Notes: generated by a model from the sequence alone, not told the origin. 63,236 bases of DNA, filler included, from Bigelowiella natans CCMP2755 (GCA_000320545.1; 6 parts of 6 records of this genome joined end to end with filler, not necessarily neighbours in it), one strand, 5' to 3'; counted from the first letter of the whole stretch, positions 1 through 12,377 are shown. Made by a program: numbers and translations.

Positions 1-1678
1 GTGTAAATATGTTGGCTTGATATGTGTACATATGTATATACATATATATATTGAGACATTGATGGATGCAACATTTCTGTCTCTATGTAAGAAGCACATA
101 CTGGCAGCTATGTGATTATCTATCAATCATAAAAAAGCATTCTTCGAGGATGTAACATTGATGGTAGCGCGCAGCAGACAAATGAGAATGACGGCTTCGA
201 ATGTTTTTTAGCTGAACAGCTGTGTCGTCTAGATGCGGCGGGCATTCCTATTTGTGCCCCTACCATGCGCATGATTGTCATGTACGCTGTAGCTCATGCA
301 CAGATTTGTTGGGCGACCGCACCATGCGCATGCTGCTGATGCAAACTCACAAGCTGTCTGCTAGCTAGCTAGCCCTGCATCGCGTGCTGCAGGTGTGCAC
401 ATGCCATGGCGCAAGTTGCATGTAGCCCGTCGTTGTTCACATTCGATCATGCGCACAGATTCAGTTTCAGATCGAACAATGACAGAATGACACAATGCAG
501 TGAGTCGTCGATCAATTTCGCGTTGTTTTCCTGCTGCGTTGTTCTTTCACATTGCCAAATTCATGCCTTCCAGCATTCTTGGCGGACTGGCTGCGCGCAT
601 CCACACCTAGCACAGCTGTTCCAGGCACCTGACGTAGCAATGCGCACATCTGGCCGGTCTAGCGATCCAGCGTTGCGTCCAGTCCGCACTGTGTCGCGCT
701 GTTTGCATTCAAGCAGGCTCAAGTTGCGCGTGCGGCTCCGAGAAAGCTTTCACTTGCAATGCAATCGTGCGTTGGTTTCACTGTGCGTCGTTCCGACGCC
801 TTTGTCGTGCTGCACGAACGCAGCGATGTGCAGAACGTTCCTGGACTTGTCCGAGAATGCGGCCAGTCCGAGGAACAACGAAGGAACTTTCCAAGAACAC
901 AAGAGCGGCGAGCTGCGCGTTCTCGGACCGTTCCTCGCTGGCACGTGCGACACACGTGCCGTGAGACGTCCTGGGACGTTGTGTGTCGCGAGTCACGCAC
1001 ACTGCGGACGTCGCTCTGTCCGACCGTGGCGTGCAAACTGAGCGCCACAAATGTGTTGTTGGGGAACAGCTAGCAGCTAGCTGGCTAGCTAGCTAGCTAG
1101 CTGACAGTCTAGCTAGCTAGCAGTGCCAGAATGTGCACGTTGACACGTCCCATGATTTGAGCTCTGTGCTCGAATCGACAAATCAACCAACCAGTGCTGG
1201 AGTGGCATGTTCTAGTTGGCCCATGGGCCGCATGCAGTGTTGCAGCTCAGAGCTGGCTAGCTGGACTGTTCACAAGATTGCCAGATTGGCCGCCATGATG
1301 GAAACGTGCACACTGGCTAGTGGCTAGCATGGTGGCTAGCGCAGCTTGCCAAACAATGAAACAATGGAGCAATGATGATGAACTACGTTTCCAAAAGGTT
1401 GCAAGACATTGCATGGCAGTCAATTGATGGCAGTGTGCGAAACGCAGTGCCTCGAACTAGCTTTAGCGAGGAACTAAAAACAGAAATCCAGCAAAATGCA
1501 CTGAAATAATGCACTAAAATGCACGTAAATTATCCGAAATACCATGCGTTTTTAGTCATGCGACAAGGCCACGTGCTCTTACGTCTGAGCTGGCCGCATC
1601 TTCCTTCTTTTCTTCTGCATCGGGGAATACACCAAAAAAAACGGACCATGTGTCCGGTAACTGCCAGCCCCAGAAACC

Positions 1679-2082
1679 ATGGCTGACATCTATGCAGCTT
1701 CCGGAAGCAATGACCTTCCTCGCCTCAAGGGTTTGATAGAACAGAAGGCAGACGTCAACCAGCAGGATGCGCGTGGTGAGATTGAAGGGAGAATGACAGT
1801 GGTGTTTCGATTAGACTGCGAAGGATAAGGGGTAGGGCTAAGACGTGGGGCAGAAATGACGAATTTGGCTGCAAGCATGATGCAGCGTCGATGAGATGTT
1901 GTGTTTGATGCGATTAAGTTGCTTCTATCAGGTCGCACTCCGTTGGGTCACGCACTCATACATGGTAATTTGGACATCGTTGAGTACCTAGTTGGTGAGA
2001 AGGCGAACTTGGAGGCAAAAGACAATGATGGTAGTTACAATGAAGAAATACACCAACAGAAGAGTGTATAGGAAGCAGGAAG

Positions 2083-2130
<48 letters not shown>

Positions 2131-2448
2131 AAGGTAGGGGAGGAGAGTGATACATCGAGAAGAAAGTTAGGAATTGGTGAATCATGTTGATAGTGAAACG
2201 ATGAGGCTTGTGCTGATCTGATATTATGTTCGGGGTGCGGTGCTGTTGCATGTATTTCGATTCCGTTTATCAGGTAACACCCCGCTAAGTATTGCCTCAG
2301 GTATTGGTAATTTGGCTATCATTAAGTACCTAGTCGGTGCGAAGGCGAACCTGGAGGCAAAGGATAATTATGGTTGTTGCTACTGTTCGGAAATATATTC
2401 GAACAAAATTATAGTAATCAGATCGAGAAAGAGAGAGAGAGAGAGAGC

Positions 2449-2529
<81 letters not shown>

Positions 2530-2846
2530 GGAGAGGGAGAGGGAGCAAGGTTAAGGTAGTTTAGGAGATTTATACATCGAAAAGGAAGCTAGGAATTGGT
2601 GGATCATGATGATAGTGATTTCTATTGGTTGCAGTGTTGATGTGATTTTTTATTCGGTGCAGTGCTTTTACCTGTATTTTGATTCTATCTACCAGGTGGC
2701 ACCCCATTAGGCTTTGCATCGATGCAAGGTTATTCTGATATCGTTAAGCACCTAGTTGCTGCGAAGGCGAACCTGGAGGCTAAGGATAATGATGGTAGTT
2801 ACAATTCATGAGAATTTCTACAACAAAACTGTGTATAGGAAGCAGG

Positions 2847-2895
<49 letters not shown>

Positions 2896-3225
2896 AGAAA
2901 AAGAGAGAGAGATCGCAAAATTGAAATCGTTGTGAAGTATGATACATCTAGAGGGAAGTTAGGAGTCGGCGAGCCATGTTGATAATGAGCAAGAATGACG
3001 GTTGCGCTGGTATGACGTTGTGTTTGGTGCAATACTGTTACTCGTATTTTGATCCTGTCTACCAGGGGGCACTCCGCTAAACAATGCATCAATGTATGGT
3101 GTTTTGGAAATCGTTGAGTACCTACATAGTGCGAAGGCGAACCTGGAGGCAAAGGATAATGAAGGTTGCTATTGTTCGGCAATATATTCGAGCAAAACAA
3201 TAAGAAATAGAACGAGAAAGATAGG

Positions 3226-3264
<39 letters not shown>

Positions 3265-4120
3265 AAGGTTAAGGTGGTATAGGAGAGTGATACATCAAAA
3301 ATGAAGTTAAGGATTGGTGCTGTCGTCAGATCGCACACCGCTGGCACGTGCATCAATACATGAAAAATTGAATTTCGTTGAGATGTGTGATGCGTTGATA
3401 TAGGTTATATGTTGTTGCCATTATCAGGCCGCACAGCATTGGGTAATGCTTCATTAAAAGGCCATTCGAGAGTCGTAAACTACCTGGTTGGTGCCAAGGC
3501 GAACATAGAAGGAGGGACTGTTAATGGTATTATCAACGTTAACGTGCCCACGATATGTATAAGGAAAATATGGACGACAAAAAATGGGAATGACAATGGT
3601 GCTGAAGACCATGATGACGACGAGGGCAAGGATGATGAATGTGGTGGTAGGAGACTGTGTTCGTTCAGTATTTTTATTTTGGTTCTTCCAACAGGTCGCA
3701 CCACATCAGAATTGGCGTCGTCACATCGATCGGTTATTTTCAAGAATTGTTACGATTTTCGATGATGACGACATGAGACTAATGTTATCCATGTTTTCCG
3801 CAGGCTACGGTGACAAATCTAGCATCCGGTGAGGGAGACGAAAAATTCTCCCAGGGAAACACCGCAGATTGTTCAAGTATGAGACTTTCAAAAAAGGAAA
3901 TTCGATCAGAGTTATTGCCACCAAAGCCTGGCGAGAAGAGAATGGATATGGTTGAGGGGCAATCCACTGCTAGACCTAGCAAAAAGGTTTATTCAATCGG
4001 TGCTTTCCAAATAGGCAACTTATTGAAATCATCATGAATCTGTTGCATTTGCAGATGAAATCCGGGTCAGCAAAGCAAGGCGAGGAGGAGAAAGGGCTGG
4101 AAAATGGACCCGAATTTTAA
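1679..4120 (+). CDS. Ankyrin-repeat protein with one repeat per exon (about 9 exons)
   Basis: Exon 1 is 1679-1775 (MADIYAASGSNDLPRLKGLIEQKADVNQQDARG). Five 99-nt phase-1 exons follow at 1932-2030, 2274-2372, 2696-2794, 3066-3164 and 3428-3526, each with a GxT(P/A)L...G...(I/V)(V/I)xxL..KAN pattern and AG/GT ends. Tail exons start at 3695, about 3804 and 4055, with TAA at 4118-4120. The tail splicing is less certain. Confidence 0.9.
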
Positions 4121-5676
4121 AATTTCGAAGAGTTTTTGGAAAATGCCCGTCTCTCTAAACACGTCGAAATATTGCGTTCCAATGGTTGCGAACATCTCGA
4201 CGACCTGAGAGAAATGGTGATGTTTGTGTTTGTGACATTGAACATTAAACATTAAACTGCATGTGTTTACAGACACCGAGCAGCATGGATGCACGAAGCA
4301 GATTTAATTTCAGATTCTTCCTTTCAAAACTCACATGTAAGCGAGCAAATTGAGAAGTATTTCCCGCTATTGCCGCACCGAAGATGGTCCACAAAAGCAT
4401 TTTGGAGATCAAACAATGTAATTTCGAAGGATTACGATGCATGAAAGACACGGTTGATTGCTAGGAAAGAAAACAAAACGCCGCGTGTGTGCTTCAACAA
4501 TTTCATGCCCGTCGCATCACATCAAGCATCGCATGCGCACGCTACGCTGCCCCTTGCTCACATGCAAATTTCTGGGCACTCTGAACCACCAATCATGCAT
4601 GCGATTTCTGCGGCGCAGCAGCAAGCAGCAACAGTTTCCTCTCCAATCGAGATCTTTTGTGCTTTCTGGTGTCTGATGATGTCCGTTGGAAAAAATCGAA
4701 ACAAACAAACACGTTGTCGAGCAGGAAAATCATGAGACCCAGAGATCCTCACCACCATGCCAGCATGCACTGGACCACCGGGACAACAAACATTGAACGT
4801 TGGACCAAGCATTCCAGCATTGATGCAAAACACGTTCGCCAGTGCCAGAGTGCGCAAAACCACATGGGAGACGCGCACTTGCACGCGCCGTGCAGCCAGA
4901 CAGCTGCGCCCGCACGTGCCAAGCAAAACAAAATCACGACAATTGCGAAGAACAATGGGACACATCAGCACCTGCTGATGGTGATGGTCACAACCAGCTC
5001 ACGTCAACTGACAGCAGCCATGACTGCTCAACACTAAAAGTGGTCGTCGAACTCAAAAAGAGCTTGGTTCCAAGGCTCGGAGCAGCATCGTTCAACCTGC
5101 TCTGGAAAGTGACGAGCGAAAATCGGGGTGCGACCAAAAAAATGGGCCAAAATCTTGAATCGCGCAAAATCCATGGAAATCTTGAATCATTAGATCTAGG
5201 GGGCTTTCCAAAAAAGAGTTCCAGTTTTTGTTTCCTGGAAAATGAGATGGAAAAAACCGAATTTCCAATTTCCAGCTTCCGAAACAAAAGTTTCATGTTG
5301 TAAGATGCGATGCGTTCTAGAATCGGCTATAGATCTAGGAAAATTTCCTAGGTCCTTTTGTGGTCTCCTCGGGTCCACCGGCGGGAAATAGGCGAGATGA
5401 CACCCAAGAACCCACGATCCGATTTCATCGGCCGGCGAAATGCGCAGGTGTTCCAATCCGAGAAAATAATTTCTTTCTCAAAATAATTTTGCGATGTCAC
5501 CGAAATCAACTAAAACACAGCCGAATTTCGCATTTTTTGGACAATTGGAAGCCCTTTTTTTTTCCGAAAGCCCTTCCATTGATATAACTCTTTTCACTCT
5601 GTTCGAAGACCCCCTCCTCAGAAACTGTCGTCGCAGGATAGGCACCATTGTTTGAGCTCTCACATCTCTCATAACC

Positions 5677-6664
5677 ATGGACATCTCGAAAGCTGTGAGG
5701 GAAAATAATCTTCCTCTTCTGAAGCGCCTGATTAAGAAAAAGGGAAATATTGAGGCGAAGGATGAGCAAACAGGTGAGAAGGCAGCAGCTGGGTGTGGCA
5801 GTTTTTGTCGCGGGTTGAAGCTGACGAACAGTGTATAGCAGCAGCAGAACACACTAGTTAGTTGCAAGTTACTGTAACAGGGTTGTTGGTAGTGAGCGAT
5901 TCACAAATTTAGTTGCAATGATCATAGCAGTGGCACTGGAGGGGGGATCGTGATATCGTGATGGTTGGGGATTGTTTCCACGGCAGTGTTAGTTTTCGCT
6001 TCACTTGCAATATGGATATGCCGCTGAACGTTTTTTAATATTGTGAGTTCTTTTCTGCGAGAGAAGAAGGGGGCTGGTGGGATCGGGAAGGAAGTAGGTT
6101 GATTGTTTTGTTTCACGGCCATGCATTTGGTTTCGCTTACCTTCGACTAGGTTGCACGCCGCTACATATAGGTGTCGAAAATGGATTTGATGAGATTGTC
6201 AAGTATCTGGTCAGCAAAAAGGCAAACATCGAAGCAAGGGATAAACATGGTGAGCAAGTAAAATATTGGAGTAGCATCCGTGTTAGTGATGATGTTAGAA
6301 TCATTTGTTTTGGGCGGGTTGGCAACATTTATGGCAACAGTCTGTCTATGTGAGTCATAAAGTTTTGTTAGTATGGTGGCAGCAGTGATGTTGTAGAGAA
6401 AGTCGTAGTGATCGGGGATTATTTTTACGGCTTTGTTGCATTCGCTTCCAATTTGCTAGATGGAAGTGCAGCTGAACGTCCTTAACCTTCTGGTTCCTTT
6501 TTGCAAGACAAGAGGGAATGCTGGTGATATCGGGAGGGGGGATGGATTGTATCACGTTACGGCCATGCTGTTTTCGCTCACCTTTGACTAGGCACCACGC
6601 CGTTATGCTTGGGTGCCAAATTTGGATTTCTTAAGATTGTCAAGCATTAATAGAAAAAAGGCAA
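5677..6664 (+). CDS. Second one-exon-per-repeat ankyrin protein, a tandem paralog cut off at the contig end
   Basis: Exon 1 is 5677-5773 (97 nt, MDISKAVRENNLPLLKRLIKKKGNIEAKDEQTG). Exon 2 is 6151-6249 (99 nt, GCTPLHIGVENGFDEIVKYLVSKKANIEARDKH). Exon 3 starts at 6592 (GTTPLCLGAKFGFLKIVKH) and runs into the gap. Confidence 0.85.
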
Positions 6665-6764
6665 NNNNNNNNNNNNNNNNNNNNNNNNNNNNNNNNNNNN
6701 NNNNNNNNTTAATTAATTAANNNNNNNNNNNNNNNNNNNNNNNNNNNNNNNNNNNNNNNNNNNN
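6665..6764. other. Artificial contig linker (N-TTAATTAATTAA-N)
   Basis: 100-nt N block with a six-frame stop cassette; identical blocks occur five times in the window. Confidence 0.97.
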
Positions 6765-6865
6765 AATTTCCATTCCTCTTCCGTAATCTGCTTCTTATCG
6801 ATTCTCCTCCTCCTGCTCCTCCTCCCCCTCTTCCTCCTACTATTCCATTCTCCGTGTTTGTAAAG

Positions 6866-6945
6866 ATCCCGTTCTCCAACCACCCTCTTTATCGCCTTCT
6901 GTGGGGGTGGATGGGCGCGCCCGAGGTATGTGCGTGTACGTGTGT

Positions 6946-6981
<36 letters not shown>

Positions 6982-7123
6982 GTGTGTGCGTGTGTGTACG
7001 TGTGTGCGTATGTGTGTGTGTGTGTACGTGTGTGTGTGTGTGTAGAAATGCTGCTTTCACTATTTGCATCCATTAACGACGATCGTGAAGCTTTGGGTAT
7101 GATGATGTAATCAGATTGCTACA

Positions 7124-7155
<32 letters not shown>

Positions 7156-8315
7156 TGTTGTCTTGTAACTTAGTCGTTCTCTCTCTCTTTCGTCCGTAGG
7201 TGTCATTGCTCAAGCTGTTTCAGGGACCTGTGATTCGAAAGTGAGTAGTAGAAGAAGAAGAAGATACGGAGGACCTCATTTTTACACTTTTCGAGCGACG
7301 CCATCAGCCATGTTACTTCTTCGCCGCCATCGTTAGTGTTTTTAGCATGAGAATCATAGTTGTTGATGATGCTTTTGCTTCGCGTCGATTGTAGTCACCA
7401 TCCTCTATGAACAACGAACTCCTACCCCCACCACCACCATCATCATCATCATCATCGTCATCATCATCGTCATCATCACCATCACCCCAGGTCATCGATG
7501 TATTCTCACGCCGTGCAAGAATCAATTGTTCCCCTCAAGATCTTAAAGGAGGTGAGTTTTTCAAAAGCAGTGGATGTTGTGCGTGTGCGTCGTTGGCAGC
7601 TGTCTTAGCAATGGAAAGAAGTAGCTATATTCTCCACATACTCAAATTTGTACACTACTCGTAACCGTTACTAGAGATTGCATAGCCGGGGTGAATCTCC
7701 ACTTCCTACAACATGATAGTAGAGTCGGCGATGTTATCGTCATCATCGTCATCATCATCACCACCACCACCACTATCACCATCTTTTTGCTGCCGTCCTC
7801 TTGATGTCAGTCACGTCGCCATATCACACCTTACAAGCTGTTATTTCCATCTCATTCCCCCCCCCTCACCCCCCTTACATGATCCTTCTTGAATACTTCA
7901 CTGTTGGTGTCATCACCAGGGCGTTGAGAAATTCGATGAGTGGTAATAGTAGTAGTAGTAATCATAGTAGTAGTAGTAGTAGTAGGTGCAGTAGTAGTAG
8001 GATATGAGGAGTAGTAGTAGTGGTCATTATTACGACAAATCGATAAATCTACGGGTTCATTTATGAAATCGATGCATAGCAGTAGCAGTAACAGTGGCAG
8101 TAGCAGCAGAAGTACTAGTAGTGGTAGTCGTTGCGGTGGTAAATCGATTCTTACGTTAAAACAACAATACTCATCAACGCTACCACCACTTCTTCTTCTT
8201 CTTCTCCTAATACTGATGCCATCTCTGACCGCCACCTGTTAAGGTATGGAATCTACCCTCTGCTCATCTTTCCAGTAAGAGTATACGACAGGGGCGACTT
8301 ATCTGGTAGTAAATC

Positions 8316-8353
<38 letters not shown>

Positions 8354-9130
8354 TTCTAGTGGTTTCATTCGCCTAATTGGTTTGCATCTCATATTGAACG
8401 ATTGCGCTTCTTGGTGAGTTGATGTTGCATTCACCGATCTCTCTCCGGGGACGATGATGATGGCTGGGGGGTGGGGGTTGGATAGAGGAGGAGGAGGAGG
8501 AGGGCAATTCGCGCGCGCGCGAACACACACACACACATAAACACATAAACACGTAGGTATGCTTCGGCCACGAAAGGACCTTTTGAATAAAGGGAAGAAC
8601 TATGGAATCTGGGTAGTAGTTTGTAGCAGTAGTAGTTGTAGTCGTAGCAGTTGTTGTTGTGTGTACAATGATGAAGAGCTATCTTCCTCCTCCTTCACTT
8701 GTGGGATGTGGCGCGAGCATTGGATAATGACGATGATGATGATGATGATGATAAAATCTTGGGAGATTGTGTAATCGCTACATTTCTTGTCGTGATCGCA
8801 GTAATGTTCCTACTACTACTACTTTAGTTGTTGTTGCTGCTGCTGCCGCTGCTGCTGTTGTTCTTTTGTCTAAATCTTGGTCATTTTAGGTTGACATTGG
8901 AGCTTACGGAGTCCCCAGAGCTATTAAACAAGGAAAGGCCTGGTAAGAGTGACAGCAAATCATGAAGAATAAATTATTCAAAAAAATAAAATAAAACTAT
9001 TATTAAAAAAATGATGACATTTACACTAAATAACAACAGCAGTAGCTGAGAGTATTTGCTGCCTCGCATTGCGGAGGGAGAATGAGAGATTATCAGAACG
9101 ACACAACCATATGCTGCTACCACTTAATAG

Positions 9131-9161
<31 letters not shown>

Positions 9162-9974
9162 ATGATGAGTGAGAAACACTGTGTAATTATTATTTATTTA
9201 TCATTATCGTTCTATATAATGAAAACAGGTCAGCCAAAGAAACTGTCCGGGACATGGAACATTGGACTCGAAAGAATGGTGGATGGCAGGTGATATAGCC
9301 AGTAGACGATGGTGATGATGATGAGGAGGAGGGGGAGGGGGGGAGGGGGGGGTGCGTTGTAGTATTGCATTTGGGAGAAAAGAGTATCGGATGACGTCGT
9401 CTTCGAGAGCCAAAAGCCCTCCTAGTTGACCGCATTTTCTCCGATTTTCGGAATGTGTGTTTCCAGGCTCTCTACACTGATATCTTCTGCACCGAGAAAG
9501 AGCTGAGGAGCATGTTTGACCATACTCTCCTTGAAAAGGTGGTGGGCGTTTGGGTGTGTGGGGGAGGGGAGGGGGGGGGGGGGGGGGGGGTTGCTTGCGC
9601 GTGTCCTTGTCGTAGCAGAGAGAAAATCGTGCTCTGGAAACGATTTCGATGTGGCTTAGATTGTTATGATTTGTGGGTGTTGATAGGCGAGGAAGAGACT
9701 GGGTTGCGAGAAGGCATTTGGAAGCGTATACTCCAAAGTCAGGCCTGAACCTGGTAACGATGCGACTTGAAGACACGTGGGGATGGGGAGGAGGAGGAGA
9801 ATAGCAGTTAGGATGTTGCCTTGTGATATCGAATCATTAATTACATTAGCTACGTGAAGTGAAGATATTTGATATATAATCACTGAACCCCCACCCCTCC
9901 CACCATCAGGCCTACTAGATCTTTCCGACGTAATTCGGGACGAGCAAAAGGAGGAGGCAGCAAAGCGTGAGTAA
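6866..9974 (+). CDS. DHCR24: Delta(24)-sterol reductase (DHCR24/DWF1 family), C-terminal part, multi-exon, 5' truncated
   Basis: Spliced peptides [20 protein letters not shown]|[14 protein letters not shown]|[15 protein letters not shown]...|[11 protein letters not shown]...|[10 protein letters not shown]...|[21 protein letters not shown]|[18 protein letters not shown] match the DHCR24 C-terminus (IPFGN..FRYLFGWM.PPKISLLKL, VDIGAYG.P, LY.D.Y...EEF.EMFD, LGC..AF..VY.K). Stop at 9972-9974. Confidence 0.92.
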
Positions 9975-10126
9975 TGACGCCAGGCGATTTTGATCCGAAA
10001 AGATCAGTCAATATCAACGCTTGCTACAGAAATAAATGGCAGCCTTCTGGCTATCGAGTAAAGAGCGAGGCGTCTACTATGCCTGATATATACCGTCACA
10101 CTCATAAGCGGAGTGAAATTCGATCA

Positions 10127-10158
<32 letters not shown>

Positions 10159-10967
10159 CGTTATATTTATACATTACTAATTTTATTTTGTTGCGTGCAC
10201 GAAGCGTGCGGCGATTGTTGAATGCCATGATGTACTAACACATACAATTTTTAGACGTGTACGACAGCCTGCCCGCTATGAGCATGTGTGCAGTCCCAAA
10301 TCTGACATTGCATCCCACGCATGCTTGCCCGTGGTTGGCGGTCACAGCTGCCTATCATGATGACCTAATCGAGCAGGCATCGTTGTAGCGCAAGAGCGAG
10401 TTGCGGCGGTTGTTGCAAGACTGAGCGCCACATCGATGCCATGACAACTACAACTATAAAGCATTGCATTTGGCCTTTGACTCGAATTTTTCTAAATGGA
10501 TGCGTCTAGGCAAAATGTATGTTTCCCTTGTGGTCTATGAAGTGATGATGATGTCGCACCAATGATGTGCACATGTCTAGATGTCTAGAATGACACTTGC
10601 TAGCCTGTACTGCATGGTGCACTGGGCCTGCTACAAGCAGGCATCATGCAACACGCCTAGATGTAACATAGACGCGACGCCCTCACACATATGTAAAGTA
10701 CCACGCGACGCACATATACACACTGCGCAGCTGAATTTGCGTGCGATGCTGCCAGCATGTACAAATGCATCGCAAGCACTCCACGTGCGTGTGACGCAGC
10801 ATCATTTTTGACAGGACCAGGCAACAAAAAATGACTGACAAGGAATTCAAAGTGTAGGGTGTCAAAAATATTCTCAACCCAAAAACGTGCTTGAGCATGG
10901 GCAAGGATCTATCTAGAGCGGGGAACAAAAAAATGATCGAGGGAGAGAGCGAAGGAGTTATGTATAT

Positions 10968-11031
<64 letters not shown>

Positions 11032-11227
11032 CTCTCGCGCGCGCGCTCTCATGTATTTATGTAGATACGTACACACGCGCGCATGTGTACACGCGTGCAC
11101 ACTGACGCAAAACAAATATCTCTGTCTATGACACTCCTACTCTAAAAAAAAGAAAAAAGAAATAGTATGAGGCTCACAAGGTCCTTTTCAGGCAAATGAA
11201 ACAACACACATAAAAATACACACAGAC

Positions 11228-11266
<39 letters not shown>

Positions 11267-11313
11267 GCTCACGCGCAACAAAACGCGCACGTACACATAC
11301 ATATTCATATTAC

Positions 11314-11396
<83 letters not shown>

Positions 11397-12377
11397 AATT
11401 TTCTTCTGTGAGGAGATTTGGAAGGTCCACTCAGGGCCGGGTATGAAGTCATAAGAGGATAATATCCTGGGAGGTATAAAGGGAGCGAGAGCTACAAGAC
11501 CTGCAAATTGTCATTTAAAATGAAGTATCAAGGTAGGAGGAATTGCTAACGACGAGGGTGTCGTATCAGATGGTTCTCTAGACTGGATACGAAGTCGTAG
11601 GAGGATTTTACACTCTGTGAATGATTGAACAGTCTTCTTCAATCAAGGCTTTACACTTTTGAGAATACAATCAATGGCTAACTGAAATTGCAGGCGGGGC
11701 GGTGTTGCCAATACTGCCTATTCAAGGAAAGAGATAATGAGAAGCAGGGTAAAGATGATGAGAAGCTTAATATCTATCGCCAGGATCGAAGTAGTTGTAG
11801 ACAGGGTGGCTCAAAGCATACGAAGGGGGCAACAAGAATAGCACTGGTCCGTATGAAAGACGTGGGCATCTGTGGCAGTTACCCAACATCTCTTTCTCGG
11901 ACAATTGTTGGAAATTTCTTGTTTAAAAATAGTAAATTGCATGGGATTTTCGCCTCTTTCTGAAATCTTCTCAACAAGATTTCACTCTTCCTCGGATTTG
12001 CCCAATCCAATGGTGTTTTCGAAACTCACCACACCAGGCATGTGTCTTACATTGAAAACGGCCATCTAAATTCAAGATGTAGTTACGAATATGGCACATT
12101 CCATGTCTTACCTTTTCTTGGATGCTAAGCCGCCGGAACCCAAGTGCGTAAGGTTTTTCCAGACATCGTCCACATTTTCTCAGAGTATGGCCATAAAACA
12201 TTGTCGCAGCAACGTGATGGAATGTGATAATCTAAAATATCGATGTTTTTTGACATGGAGCAAGAGTTTTTCGCAACCCACGCGTGCAACAGCTTCTGCC
12301 ATAACCCAAACAGCGAACATATCCTCAATCGGATTACCCCATAAAGCGAACATCATCCAGAGTGAACATTTAACTTC

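Noticed and set aside
406-1073. Overlapping ORFs on both strands (also at 4454-5303)
   Set aside because: A by-product of TpA absence, which removes TAA/TAG stops. The translations are C/H/R/A-rich with no recognisable motifs.
6640-6664. Apparent premature stops (CAT TAA TAG) in ankyrin gene 2 exon 3
   Set aside because: Restoring one T and one A in homopolymer runs gives HLIEKKA, matching the repeat. It lies at a contig edge, so sequencing error is more likely than a pseudogene.
6709-6720. TTAATTAATTAA repeated five times in the window
   Set aside because: Always centred in a 100-nt N block, so it is an assembly linker. Apparent gene clustering across these linkers is not biological evidence.
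6713-7110. HT/CV/YI/RE-repeat ORFs here and throughout the window
   Set aside because: Translations of intronic (CA)n, (AT)n and (AG)n microsatellites.
11400-12370. Complex non-repetitive sequence upstream of the PB1-ZZ gene, possibly a transposon relic or small gene
   Set aside because: No transposase or RT motif, terminal repeats or consistent exon chain could be identified by eye.
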